Shown here piece after piece: positions 1 through 11,856 of a DNA stretch of 25,026 nucleotides. The notes under the pieces are model-generated. The model was not told where the DNA came from. It searched no databases and was given only the letters and a program-made list of their open reading frames with translations. A program made the position numbers and the translations under genes. The stretch lies in contig NC_057728.1 in assembly GCF_004010195.1 (NCBI RefSeq), forward strand, positions 51,046,048-51,071,073, in the 5' to 3' direction. Every line of letters begins with the position of its first letter. The first letter of the stretch is position 1. Source of the stretch: Chiloscyllium plagiosum (taxonomy: Eukaryota).

Positions 1-209
1 AGGGAAATGTCAACTGCAACGTTCTCTGAATTCCACTTACGTACAGATGCTTTCTTTTAAGGTGGTTGTTTCTCTGAAGGACAAGTTAGTTATTATAAGC
101 ACGTGCACAATTTGTTGCAAATCAGACTCTCAGTAGGGCACGCGTTTACCCTTGTCATTAAGCAAGTGGAATCTCATCAGGGTGCATGCTGCAGATTTGT
201 TGTTCCTCT

Positions 210-560
210 TTCCTGGGATTTAAGTGTCAGTGGCAGGGCCACCATTGGTTGTCCATCCTGAATTGTCCCTGTCCTGAGTGACTTCAGAGGGCAGTACAGA
301 ATCAACCACATTGCTGTGTGTCTGGAGTCACTCGTAGGCCAGACTGTGAAAAGATGGCAGATTTCCTTCCCTAAAAGGCATTAGTGAACCAAAAGACTTT
401 CAACAATTGATTTTAGTTTCATGGTAATGATTGCCAAGACTAGCTTTCAATTCCAGATATTATTAATTGGATTTAAATTCCACCAGCTGTCATGGCAGGA
501 TTTGAATTCCTGTCCCTTGAGCATTATCCTGGGCCTGGGGATTACTGCTATGTCAACATC
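210..560 (-). mobile_element. tRNA-derived SINE (SlmI/MetaSINE-like), decayed
   Basis: Reverse strand contains tggttcactaatgccttttagggaaggaaatctgcc...gtgactccagac and a B-box-like gaattcaaatcc. Homologous to the copies at 3067 and 23190. Confidence 0.7.
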
Positions 561-777
561 TTTCTCCTAACTACACTCTGACTCTTCTGTACTGATCACT
601 TTGCCCATGCCACTGTCAAATTTTCTCTTCCTTGGTTATTTCTTTGCTAACTGTTGACGTCTGTCTTTATCAATCAAACAACACAAAAGCAGCAGACTAA
701 GTTCATTTTGTGCTGGTGCATTTCTCCACGTCAGCCGCTCAGTGTAATTCCGCAATCTCAACCCAATGTTCCCTGTT

Positions 778-848
778 TAAAATCACACAACACCAGGTTA
801 TAGTCCAACAGGTTTAATTGGAAGTACTAGCTTTCGGAGTGCAGCTCC
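778..848 (-). mobile_element. Truncated PLE-terminal-repeat element (same family as 4749-4897)
   Basis: aaatcacacaacaccaggttatagtccaacaggttt...tagctttcggagtgcagctcc. The reverse strand keeps stem II-GAAAG-CUA of a hammerhead, but the CUGANGA part is cut off. Confidence 0.65.
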
Positions 849-964
849 CAACATTCCCTGATCGTCCTCCATCACCAATCCCCACCTGATTTTATTGTAA
901 ATAATTTGAAGACTCAGTTTCAACGCTGGCCACAACTACTGCGTTTTTTTCTTTTGTCTTTACT

Positions 965-2295
965 CTTCTAATTTACTCACGGGATGTTGGCTTTACTAGC
1001 TGGGCCAACATCAACTGCCCAGTCCACATTGGAAAAGGTGGTACTGAGCTGCCTTCCTAATCTGCTGCAGTCCATGTGCTGGAAGTAGAGTCATAGAGAT
1101 GTACAGCACGGAAACAGACCCTTTGGTCCAACTCGTCCATGCTGACCAGATACCCTAACTTAATCTAGTCCCATTTGCCAGCACTTGGCCCATATCCCTC
1201 TGAACCTTTCCTAATCATATACCCATCCAGACGCCTGTAATTGTACCAGCCTCCACCACTTCCTATGGCAGCTCATTCCATACATGCACCACACTCTGCC
1301 TGAAAAAGTCGCCCCTTAGGGCCCTTTCAAACGTTTCCCCTCTCACCCTAAACCCAGCTCATGCCCTCTAGCTCTGGACTCCCCCACCCCAGGGAGAAGA
1401 CCTTGTCTATTTACCCTATCCATGCCCCTCATGATTTTGTAAACCTCTGTAAGGTCACTCTTCAGCCTCCGATGCTCCAGGAAAAACAGCCCCAGCCTGT
1501 TCAGCCTCTCCTTATAGCTCAAATCCTCCAAACCTGGCAACACCCTTGTAAATCTTTTCTGAACCCTTTCAAGTTTCACAACATCTTTCCAATAGGAGGG
1601 GGACCAGAATTGCATGTAATATTCCAAAATTGGCCTAACCAATGTCCTGTACAGCTGCAACATGAGCTCCCAACTCCTATACTCAATGCTCTGACCAATA
1701 AAGGAAAGCATACCAAACGCCTTCTTCACTATCCTGAGACTCCACTTTCAAGGAGCTATGAACCTGCACTCCAATGTTTCTTTGTTTAGCAACACACCCC
1801 AGGACCTTACCATTAATCTACAGTGTTGTTTCGCTCAAAATCCTGGAACTTTTCCCTGTGTCAGTGAAGGAATGACAATTTCCAACTCAAAATAGTGAGT
1901 GGTTTGAAGAGATCTTACAGACGGTGGTGTTCCCATGTGCTGTCCGTGTTCAGATGGGTAGAGATTGCAGTTTGGAATGTACTGTTGAAGTTGTGTTAGT
2001 GCAGTGCATCTCGTAGATGGTGCCTCTTGCATTGGTGGTGCAGGTGGATGGATGTTGAAGGGACGGATGTGGTTCCAATCAAGCAGGCTGCTTTGTCCTG
2101 AATGGTATCAAGCTTCTCAGGTGTTGTTGGAGCTGCACCCATCGAGGCAAATGGAGAGTATTCCATCAAACCCTCACTTGTGCCTTGTGGATGGGCTTTG
2201 GGGAGTCAGGAAGTGAAGATTACTTCACCGCTGACCTGGTGTTGTAGCCCCTGTATTCACACCGTTAGTCCAGTTCACTCCTCACTGGTAACCCC
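965..2295 (-). mobile_element. 3' part of a second LINE family (tail shared with the SlmI-like SINE), interrupted by CR1 at ~1087-1815
   Basis: Tail at 975-1085 (gagctgccttcc...ctgcagtccatgtg). Body at 1816-2295 is homologous to 3410-3797 (+) and 10150-10620 (-). Confidence 0.7.
1087..1815 (-). mobile_element. CR1/HER1-type LINE 3' fragment
   Basis: ORF 1343..1729 reads FWSPSYWKDVVKLERVQKRFTRVLPGLEDLSYKERLNRLGLF..., the CR1 ORF2 C-terminus. Ends in the ctctatgactct-type tail. Confidence 0.92.
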
Positions 2296-2789
2296 AGGGA
2301 CATTGAAGCCTTTTTGTGACCTTTTCCTAAAACTGCCTCACCCACCAGCGACCCCTGACCATTATCCCGGGCCTCTATCTTGCTTTGCCTAATCATGTGC
2401 AGAGTATATCTCATGCTTTACCAACTTAAGAATGGCCAAAAACCCCTCAAACCTGTTCCATTCTTCAGTCAGTCATTGGATGGGGGCGAGGGAGGTTACC
2501 TCACCTCAATTTACCTTCTTTGCTCCAAATCCTTCAGTAACCTCAAAGCAAAAAAAAACCTTTACTGCTGTCAGTGCCCAACAGGCATGCACAGCTTTCT
2601 GACAGACAGAGTTTCAGATTTCCTGTCTTTTTTACATGAAGTATTTCCTGACAGCAGCCCTAAATGGTCTAGTTCTCATTTTAAAATGATGCCCACTTGT
2701 ATGGACACTACCCACCAGAGGAAATAATTTTGCCCTCAAACCCCCGAATCATTTACCTCGTTCGGTACCAATTGTTCAGATTTACTGCA

Positions 2790-3797
2790 ACCAATTCAGC
2801 TGCTTCATCGATAACCTTCCATCCATCATAAGGTCAGAAGTGGGCATGATCTCTGCCAACTGCACAATATTCAGCACCATTCATGACTCCTCAGATTCTG
2901 AAGCAGACCAAGTGCCAAATGCAGCATGTTCTGGACCCCATCCAAGATTTGAGCTGATAAATGGTAAGTAGCATTTGTTCCACATAAGTGCCAGGAAATA
3001 ACAATTTTCAATGAGAAAAAAATCTGAACATTCCTCCTTGACATTCAATGGCATTATCATTGCTGTATTTTTAAATTATTTGATTACGGGATGAAGGCAT
3101 CACTGGCTAGGCTAGCATTTATTGCCCAGAGGACAGTTAAGGGTCAACTGCATTACTGTGGGTCTGGAGTCACATGTGGGCCAGATTGGTTAGAATGGCA
3201 GTTTCTTTTGCTCAAGGACATTAGTGAACCAGGTGGGTCTTTCCAACAATGGATTCATGGTCATCTATTAGACTCTTAATTCCAGATTTTTATTGAATTT
3301 TAAATGCCACTATCTGCCATGGTGGGATTTGAACCCAGGTCCACAGAACATTACTTGAATTAACAGTCTAGTGATAATATCATTAGCCCGCCGCCTCCCT
3401 CTAATCTTTGTATTCCCCAGTTGTCAACATTTTCGGGCTTATCAGTGATCAGAACCTAATGTGGCTGTAAGAGGGTAGGAATTCTCTGCTGAATAACTCA
3501 CCTTCTGTCCCCGCCCTCCCCTCCTCAGTCTACCATGTACAAGATAGGAGTGTGCTGGAAAACTCTGCACTTGCCTGATGGGTGCAGCTCCCAAAACACT
3601 CAAGAAGCTGCAGACAATCCAGAACAAAGCAACGTGCTTGATTGGCACCACATCTGCCACCTTCAACATTCACTCCTTTCACCATTAACAGACAGTGGCA
3701 GCAGTGTGCACCAGCCACAAGGTATACTGCAGTAACTCTTCAAAACCCCTTTGACAACACTCTCCCAGCACATGCCTATCAGAACCCAAAAGGACAG
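2790..3797 (+). mobile_element. Decayed LINE RT/C-terminal fragment (second family), interrupted by a SINE at 3067-3400
   Basis: FSCFIDNLPSIIRSEVGM... (degenerate FADDCT region), continuing after the SINE with a GAAPKTLKKLQTIQNKA-like segment. Confidence 0.75.
3067..3400 (-). mobile_element. tRNA-derived SINE (SlmI/MetaSINE-like)
   Basis: B box gggttcaaatccc on the reverse strand at 3324-3336, central tggttcactaatgtcc...gtgactccagaccc block, and LINE-like tail. Confidence 0.8.
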
Positions 3798-3799
3798 GC

Positions 3800-4576
3800 T
3801 ATGTTATGCCTGACCAATTAATTAGAAGCATTTGTGGAGAAAATTTGATGGAAAATTTGAGGGGAACCATCAAATGTAATTAAATAAAAATTGAAAGATC
3901 TGCAGAACTGTAAATATTTGGATTTCTAAAAGGCATTCAGTAGGATGCTGCACATAAAGCTAATTACTAAGATAAAAGCCCATGGTGTTGGAGATCGTAT
4001 ATTAGCACAGAGAGGATTGGCCAGCTAATAGAAAACAGAGAGTTGGGTTAAGGGGTGCATTTTCAGGATGGCAACCTGTAACGAGTGGATTGTTACAGGG
4101 ATCAATGCTGGAGACACAATTATTTACAATATATATTAATGACTTGGATGATGGAAATGAAGTTTGCTAAGTTTGTAGATGAAGCAAAAATGGATGAGAA
4201 GGATGCACAGTGCTTACAGGGGGACATAGACAAGTGAAGTGAATGGTTGAAAACTTTGTAGATGGAATTTAATGTGAGGTAACATAACATTATACACCTT
4301 GGCAGGAGGAATAGAAAATTTGAATAATATTTAACTGGAGAAATACTGCAACAAACAGCAGCACTGAAAGATTTGGGATTCCGCATGCATTAACCACAAA
4401 ATGCTAACATCCAAATTCAGCAGGTAATAGGGAAGCCGTGTAATGTTGGCTGTTATTTCAGAGTGTAAAAGTAGTGAATTCATGCTGAATCTGTACAAGG
4501 CTCTAGTCAGACGACACCCACTGGGATACTGTGAAATGTTTTAGTATCCATGTGTAAGAAAAGATATACTGGCATT
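3800..4576 (+). mobile_element. Decayed CR1 reverse-transcriptase region
   Basis: Degenerate motifs CLTN, YLDF*KAF, QGSMLxxQLFTIYINDLD and AKFVDE (FADD), with stops and frameshifts. Confidence 0.85.
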
Positions 4577-4579
4577 ACA

Positions 4580-4748
4580 ATCTATATGATATAGATTATA
4601 TCCATAAGATATAGGCCATTTGGTTCATCAAGTCTGCAGCACCATTTTGGCTAATGCATTTCTCAACCTCCTTTTCCTGCCTTCTCCCAGAAAGCCTTGA
4701 TCCCCTTAGCCAACCGAGAGCCTATCTATCTCTGTATTAAATACACTC
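4580..4748 (-). mobile_element. CR1 3' tail
   Basis: ccataagatataggccatttgg...ttttcctgccttctcccag...ccttgatcccctta is the reverse of the CR1 3' end seen at 8140-8280. Confidence 0.7.
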
Positions 4749-4897
4749 AGTCAGAAGTCACACACCAGGTTATAGTCCCAACAGGTTTGTTAGAAATCAC
4801 AAGCTTTCAGAGCCCTGCTCCTTCGTCAGGTGAAAGAGCAGCGCTCCAAAAGCTTGTGATTTCAAATAAATAACCTGGTGTTGCGTGATTTCTGACT
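4749..4897. mobile_element. Palindromic PLE-terminal-repeat mini-element with hammerhead motif
   Basis: Imperfect inverted arms: agtcagaagtcac..caccaggttat..gaaatcacaagcttt versus aaagcttgtgatttc..ataacctggtg..gtgatttctgact. Confidence 0.75.
4798..4832 (-). ncRNA. Minimal type I hammerhead ribozyme motif
   Basis: Reverse strand reads CAC-CUGACGA-A-GGAGC-AGG-GCUCU-GAAAG-CUU-GUG: stem I CAC/GUG, stem II, palindromic AGCU stem III. Confidence 0.6.
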
Positions 4898-5069
4898 TTG
4901 TAAATAGTACACACTGCGCTACTAAGTGTTGGTGGTGGAGGAGGAGGATGCTTGTGGATGTGGTGCTGATCAAGTCCTGGATGGTGTCAAGCTTCTTGAG
5001 TGTTTTCGAAGGTGCATTTATTCAGCACCTGGAGAGTATTCCATCAGATGCTGGTGTGCCTGCCACAGG

Positions 5070-5548
5070 AACGTTGTTAAACTTGAAAAGTTGCAGTAAA
5101 AGATTTATAAGGTTGTTGCTGGGACTAGAGGGTTTGATCTATAGGGAGAGGCTGAATAGGCTGGGGCTGTTTTCCCTGGAGCATTGGAGGCTGAGGTGTG
5201 ACCTTATAGAGGTTTATAAAATCATGAGGGGCATGTTTAGGGTGAATAGCTAAGGTCTGGGGGAGTCCAAAACTAGATTTAAGGTGAGTGGTGAAGGATT
5301 TAAAAGAGACCTAAGGGGCAACTTTTTCACGCACAGGGTGGTGTGTGTATGGAATGAGCTGCCAGAGGAAGTGGTGGAGGCTGGTACAATTACAACATTT
5401 AAAAGGCATCTGGATGAATATACGAATAGGAAGGGTTTGGAAGGATATGGGCCAAATGCTGGCAAATGGGACTAGGTCAGGTTGGGATGTCTGGTCAGCA
5501 CATACAAGCTGGACTGAAGAGTCTGCCTCTGTGTTGTATGGCTCTATA
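5070..5548 (+). mobile_element. CR1/HER1-type LINE 3' fragment
   Basis: KRFIRLLLGLEGLIYRERLNRLGLFSLEHWRLRCDLIEVYKIMRG, then RGNFFTHRVVCVWNELPEEVVEAGTITTFKRHLD. Confidence 0.92.
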
Positions 5549-5554
5549 AGCACT

Positions 5555-7840
5555 CCACAATCTCATTCCTAATAATAGACTCTTGAATGCTACCAATGAC
5601 TGAGGTCAGGTTAACCAGCCTATAATTTCCCATCTTCTACCTCCCTCCCTTCTTAAGCAGAGATGTTTTTCAGTCATTTCAGTTTTTTAGACATTTTCCA
5701 GTCATCCGGTACCCTCCCTGACTCCAGTGATTCCCGAATGATCACCACCAAAGCCTCCACAATCTCTTCAGCTATCTCTTTCCAAACCCTGGTGTAGGTC
5801 ATCAGGTCTGAGTGAGTTATTTGCCTTCAGACCTTTCAGCTTCCCCAACACCTTCTGTTTGGTGAGGAGACTCTCTTCTTCTGATCTGCTGCTGGTGTCT
5901 TCCACTGTGAAAACTAATGCAAAGTACCTATTCAGTTCCTTTCCCATTTATTTGTTCCTCGTTGCTACTTCTCTAGCCTCATTTTCCAATGGTATAAATG
6001 TCCACTTTTGCCTCTCTCTTACCCTTTATATATCTTTAAAAAAAACACTTGAAATTTTCTTTTATATTTACAGGGTAGCTTACTGCCGTATTTCATCTTC
6101 TCCCTTTTAGCTTTTTTTTAGTTATCCTCTGCTGGTTTTTAAAGGCTTCCCAATCATCTGCCTTCCCACTAATCTTTACCTGTATGTTTGTTTTTTGATT
6201 TTATGCTGGCCCTGACTTCCCTTGTCAGCCATAGTGCCTCATCTTGCTCTTAATATGTTCCTTTTCCCTTGGGATTAATTTCTGCTGTGCCTCCCGAATT
6301 ACTCCCAGAAATGTCTGTCATTGCTGCTCCACTGTGTTCCCTGCTTGGCTTCCCTTCTCATCAACTCTGGCCAGCTCTTCTGTCATTTCTTTGAAGTTAT
6401 ATTTACTCAGTTGTAATACTGTTGCATCTGATTCTAATTTCTCCCTCGTAAACTGCGGGGTGAATTCTATCATATTATCGTCACTGTCCCCTTAGGGTTT
6501 CCTTCACCTTAAACTCTCTAATCAAGTCTGCCTCATTATAGATCACCAATTTCAGAATTGCCTGTTCACTAGTGGTGTTTACCACAAGCTGCTCCAAAAA
6601 AACAATCTCTCAGACAGCCATGAATTCCTTGTCCCAGTACACTTACAAATTGACGTTCCCCCATGATTATTGTAATAATGCCTTTCTTACATACCTTTTC
6701 TATCTCCTGATTTATTTTCTGCCCCACATCTTGACTACTTCTAGGAGGCTTGTACATAATTCCCATCATGGGCTTTTCTCCTTTGTGGTTTCTCAACTCT
6801 ATCCACGCACATTCTATGTCTTCCAAGCTTTTATCACTTCCTACTATCAGTTTAATTTCATTTCATAAGAACAAGGCAACCATATCATCTCTGCCTATCT
6901 GCCTGTCCTTTTGATAACATGTATACCTTTGGATATTTATTTCCCAACCCAGGTCTCCTTGCAGTGTCTCCATGATACCCGCAACATCATACCTGCCAAT
7001 CTCAATCTGCGCTACAAGCTTGTTTCATCCATTGTGCATTTAAATACAACACCCTTCGTCCTGCACTGACTGCCTCCTGCCTTCTTATAGTTGACCCCTT
7101 ATCTGCTGCACCTGAAGTTAGATTCCTGATGCTTTCTATAATCTCTGTCCTATTACTTGTTCTGGAAACTTCAATAACCTCTCCTAAGCGCTCCCTTCCT
7201 TTAACTGGTTTAGAGACCCTATGACCACTCCATTTAGCGTTTTTGCTTGGATCCTGGTCCCAGAATAGTTCAGATAGAGCCCCTCCCAATGGTATAGTTC
7301 CTGCTACTGACCCACAAAATGGGGCCCCTCTTTCCCACACCGTGGCTTTTGCCACACATTTGCTTTCTTGATTGTCTTATCTCTCTGCCAGTTTGCTTGT
7401 GGGTCAAGTATTAATCCAGAGATTATAACTCTTGAAGTCCTGTTCTTTAGTTTTGTTCCTAATTCCTGATATTACCTGAATGGGACCTCTTGCCCACTCA
7501 TACCACTGTTATTTGTCCTACCATGGACCACAACAACTGGATCCTCTCCCTTCCCCTCCAATATCCTTTCAAATTGGTTTGAGATTCCCTTATGCAGGCA
7601 CCGGACAGGCATAACAACACACAAGACTCCCAATTCTGCTTAAAAAGGATGCTGTCTATCCTCCTAATTATGGAATCCCCTATCAAGACCACTTTTATTT
7701 GTGCTCCCTTCACTTGAATGGCCTCATGTACCACTGGTCAGTTTGTCCATCTTCCCCACAGTCCTTTTACCCATCCACACAGGGAGCAAACACCTCATAC
7801 CTGTTGGACAAGGTCAAGAGCTGAGGCTCCTCCAATGCTA
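5555..7840 (-). mobile_element. Decayed CR1 5' half: ORF1 esterase-like domain and ORF2 APE endonuclease
   Basis: VVLIGDSIIRRID (GDS esterase motif, 7498-7734), VLYLNA (start of the endonuclease), ECAWIELRN..GIMYKPPRS..IIMG, and GNYRLVNLTS near 5600. Confidence 0.85.
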
Positions 7841-7844
7841 AATT

Positions 7845-8285
7845 CCAGGGTATGGGGGGATTTTCTTATGAATAGGTGAGCAGGGCCTGTACTTGTTGGA
7901 GTTTGATGACCTTATTCAGCCATTCAAGATTCTACAGGGCTAATTTGGAGAAATGGTTGTGTCCTCCCTATGGAAGAGTCCAGGATCAGAGCGTATAATC
8001 TCAGTGTAGGGGTTGTACATTTAAAAATGAAATTAGGAACGTCCTCTCTGAGGGTAGTGAATCTGTGGAATTCTTTACCACAGAGAGCTTTTGAAGCTAG
8101 GGGTCGTTGAGTATGTTAAGAGCTGAGATAGACAGATTTTTAATCAGTAAGGGAATCAAGGGTTTGGAGAAAAGGCAGAAAAGTGCAGTTGAAGATTATC
8201 AGATCAACCATAATCTGACTGAATAGCAGAGCAGACTCAGTGGCTGAATTACCTACTTCCACCTCGACATCTTTTTGTCTTAGGG
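7845..8285 (+). mobile_element. CR1 3' fragment
   Basis: agggtagtgaatctgtggaattctttaccacag...gagatagacagatttttaatcagtaagggaatcaaggg, a typical CR1 3' region. Confidence 0.8.
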
Positions 8286-8515
8286 ACAAGGACAACTTGC
8301 AGTTCCATTGCAAGTCCCGTGCTATCTCAACTTAGAACTACATCACTGTTCCTTCAATGCTGCTGGTTCAAAGTGCTGGAAGTTCCTTCCTAGCTGTCCG
8401 GTGGGTTTCCCAAGAAGGCAGCTCACCACCACCTCCTCCAGGACAATTTTGGATGTGTAATGAGTGCCGACCCAGACAGCGATTCTCACATGTCCTAAAT
8501 GAATAAAATAAAAAC
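8285..8515 (+). mobile_element. 3' end of the second LINE family
   Basis: caagaaggcagctcaccaccacctcctc...atgaataaataaaa tail. Confidence 0.7.
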
Positions 8516-8611
8516 TTATCCATTAAGCTGCATCATGCTTTGAATCCAAATAAGATGATATAGAGATGTGACAAAGAAGGAAAGAAAAGTGATTGTTATT
8601 TTGCCAAAAAT

Positions 8612-8951
8612 GGGGGCAGCACAATGACTCAGTGGTTAGCACTGATGCCTCACAGCGCCAGGGACTCGGGTTCGATTCCAGCCTTGTGCGACTGTCTGTG
8701 TGAAGTTTGTACATTCTCCCCGTGTCTTCATGGGTTTCCTCCGGGTGCTGTGGTTTCTTCCCACAGTCCAAAGATGCGCAGGGCAGGTGGATTGGCCATG
8801 GGAAATTGCCTGTAGTGACCAGGGATGTACTGGCTAGGTGGATTAGCCATGGGAAATGCAGGGTTACAGGGTTTGGGTGGGATGCTCTTTGGAGGATTGT
8901 TCAGACTCAATGGGCCGAATGGCCTCTTTCCACACTGTAGCGATTCTATGA
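8612..8951 (+). mobile_element. HE1-type SINE (tRNA head, V-domain, CR1/HER1-like tail)
   Basis: A box tgactcagtgg, B box ggttcgattcc, core acattctccccgtgtc..gggtttcctccgggtgc..cccacagtccaaaga, tail gggccgaatggcct..gattctatga. Confidence 0.9.
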
Positions 8952-9099
8952 GGCAAGTTTTGACCTCCAGATCCCACTTTCCCATGGGATATCCTGCCTC
9001 AAAGATCTGCTGGTCAGGTTACAAATACTGTTCAGTCAAACAAAGACCAATGACCCAATGTATCAGATAGACATTATGTTCAAATCAAGTGACAGCTGA

Positions 9100-9400
9100 C
9101 AATGGGGCTGGGGTGAATTGAGCAGTGGCCTGCCCTCAAGCTACCATTGATGGATTGTAGCAGTTGAAGATACATCGGTGATCTTGGAGAGTTAGGTCAG
9201 GGCTTTGAACCTCTTGTGCCACTGCCACCAGGTCTCAGGGGATTGTCCCTCTCGGATTGAGCTCTGTGGCTATCTGCTCCCACTTCCTTCTGAACTTGCC
9301 TCAACATTAAGAAATGTAGGTGAGCGTCATGTGGGGCTCACCAGGTATGGTATTGGTTCCCTGCCGATGGCTGCAGCCAATGAACAGCACCATTGTTACT
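9100..9400 (-). mobile_element. Possible highly decayed RTE-type LINE fragment
   Basis: Reverse strand gives QWHKRFKAL, resembling the RTE C-terminal GGQxKRFKD motif. Weak. Confidence 0.25.
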
Positions 9401-9884
9401 AGCAGCATATATTTTAATGAGCAGGTTGTGCTGACTGTATTACAATAAATAGGTGCAGAATAGTTACTCAACACGGACATGAGGTTTGACATTTTGAGAA
9501 ATGCAGTCCATTTACACTGTTGCTTTCTGTGAATCCCTGTGTTTTGTTAACCTTGCGGTCAATGGGCTCCACTTCTCTCTCTCTTACGTCATTACCTTGT
9601 CTATTAGTCTTGGCTTCACTGCACAATAGGGACATTTGCCTTTTAACGGTATATGTTACTTTTACTTTGAACTGAATATTCCTTTGAAGAGTTTCCACTG
9701 TTCCTCTAGGTTTGCTAATTAGCAACCCATCCCAATTTACTATCGTTAGTTCATTCTCACTCTTTTGAATTATGATCAGTTTACCTCACATAAATTTACA
9801 ATCTTGGTGCATGATTCCCACTTTCAAATTCAATCATATAGTGCTTGCTCTTCACCAGATGTTCACGTATTTGTTAACTTATTT

Positions 9885-10145
9885 ACGTTTTTGATTCATT
9901 CATGGAATGTGGGTATTGCTGGCTGGACCAGCATCTATTGCCCATCCCTATTTGCCCTGAAGAAAGTGGTGGGTTGGACCACCCATTGATGAAGGACTGG
10001 AGCCATGCATAAGGATTTCTCTCACTAATGGACATTTGGGAATCACTTACCCTTACAACAATCCAACAGTTTCATAGTCACTTTTACTGAGACAAACATT
10101 TTACTTAAGTGCAATTCACATTCTTAAATAGCCTTGGTAGGATTT
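9885..10145 (-). mobile_element. Decayed SlmI-like SINE / LINE tail
   Basis: attcattcatggaatgtgggtattgctggctggaccagcatctattgcccatccct tail, followed by remnants of the SINE body. Confidence 0.6.
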
Positions 10146-10149
10146 GATG

Positions 10150-10620
10150 TTTTGTTTTCTTTGTCCATGGGAGGTAGGCATTGCTGGCTGTCCATATCTA
10201 GTGACGGCGGTGGTGAGCTGCCTTTTTGTTTTGATGAGTCCATGTGGGGTACAGGGACACTACAGTGTTATTATGGCGGCATTTCCAGGATTTTGGCCTA
10301 GCCACAGTGAGGTGTATTTGTTGAAGTCAGGATGGTGAGTGGCTTGGAGAGATAAACTTGCAAATGGTTGTGTTCCCATACACCTGCTGCCCTTGTATCT
10401 TTGGATGATAGTGGTGCTGGATTTGGAAGGTGCTGTCGAAAGAATCTGGGTAAATTGCTGCTGTGTATCTTGTAGCCAGGACAGACCACTGCCACTGTGC
10501 GTTGGTGGTGGAGGGTGTGAATGTTGAAGGGGATGAATGTGGTATCAGTCATTCGGGCTGTTTCATCCTGGATGGTGTCGAGTTTCTTGTGTGTTGTTGA
10601 AGCTGTACCCACCTCGGCAT
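10150..10620 (-). mobile_element. 3' fragment of the second LINE family
   Basis: ORF 10298..10612 TASTTHKKLDTIQDETAR...HTLHHQRTVAVVC..YKIHSSNLPRFFRQHLPNP, homologous to 3535-3790. Confidence 0.8.
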
Positions 10621-10649
10621 ATCAATCCATTCTTGGGATTGGTAAATAG

Positions 10650-10781
10650 TCGGAAGTGGGTACTGCAGATGCTGGAGATTAGAGTCAAGATTAGAGTGGT
10701 GCTGGAAAAACACAGTAGATCAGGCAGCATCCGAGGAGCAGGAAAATCGACATTTCGGGCAATAGCCCTTCATCAGGAATC
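10650..10781 (-). mobile_element. Solo PLE terminal repeat with hammerhead motif (family of 22102-22330)
   Basis: Reverse strand: ttc-CTGATGA-a-gggc-tatt-gccc-GAAAT-GTC-gattttcctgctcctcggatgctgcc...ctccagcatctgcagt. Confidence 0.8.
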
Positions 10782-11856
10782 TCAATAACATTAATCCAGT
10801 CTCAATCCCAGTAATGTTAGACCAATATAGCTCAGTACACTCTCAGTCTCAGTTACTCTGGACCAATATAGCTTAGTGCTGCTTTCACGTTTGCAGAAGT
10901 ACTGTTATTGATAAATAGTCTCAGGCCATGAGATTATTACTGTCATAGGCATTATTGATTACTAAATCTAGTATAACCTAGACAGCTCCAAAACAATTTT
11001 TTTTCAAAAAACTGCTAGATAGTGCAATAATAATTGTTACCTTTGCTATCTAGACCATTCATTTCTTTAGAATGAAAAATTAGAATCTCCTATTTTAATT
11101 GCACTTTCTGCTGGATGCTTTCCTGATCTACCTAGATACATCACAGTGATCCAGAGAGAGGTCTGGAACACAGCTTACACCAGTCTGTCATCTCTCCAGG
11201 TCTCCGAGTTCCAACTGTTCTAATTCCATTTCCTACTCACCTTGACAGAAATCTGTTCAATCTGTCAATGCACCTTTTCCCCATATTGTCTTGAGCTCCT
11301 TTCTAAATGTTTCTATCCTTCCAAAAGATCATACAGCCTAGAATAATTAACTATGAATCAAGTGCAGATTGTAGGCATATCATATTCTTTCAGATGAAAG
11401 TGTATTTTAATTCACGTTTTACTATTTATGCTACATTTCCTGTGTTATTTCATCAAAATCTGTCCAAAGATGAGAGATTCCTGTCAGACATAAATCTAAC
11501 TTTGAGTCATTAATCTTGAACCTAATACCAATTGATCCTAACCTCAACCCAAAACGCTGACCCTCAATTTTCAAATTTACCCTCAACCTTCTACATTCCA
11601 CTAAAAAACACAAACCATCTTCCAATAAATTTATTGAGCTTAAAACATCTGCAAACGTGAAGGCAGCACTAAGCTATATTGATCCAGAGTAACTGAGACT
11701 GAGAGTGTACTGAGCTGTATTGGTCTAACAATGCTGGAACTGATACTGTACTAAACTGTAGTGGACTAATCTTACTGAGATTGAGACTCTGAGCCATACA
11801 GGTCTAATATTACTGAGATTGAGACTGTACTGAACTATGCTGGGATGTGGTCTTAT

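Noticed and set aside
1343..1729. ORFs with clear protein-like sequence (also 4885-5475, 6569-6826, 7498-7734, 10298-10612, 15566-15841)
   Set aside because: Truncated, frameshifted LINE fragments, not host genes or intact elements.
8612..8690. tRNA-like A/B boxes (also 12110-12180, 3320-3400)
   Set aside because: These are SINE heads continuing into SINE body and tail, not tRNA genes.
11690..11845. ~40-nt periodic repeats superficially like a CRISPR array
   Set aside because: Units are degenerate and contiguous with no unique spacers, no cas genes, and a vertebrate context.
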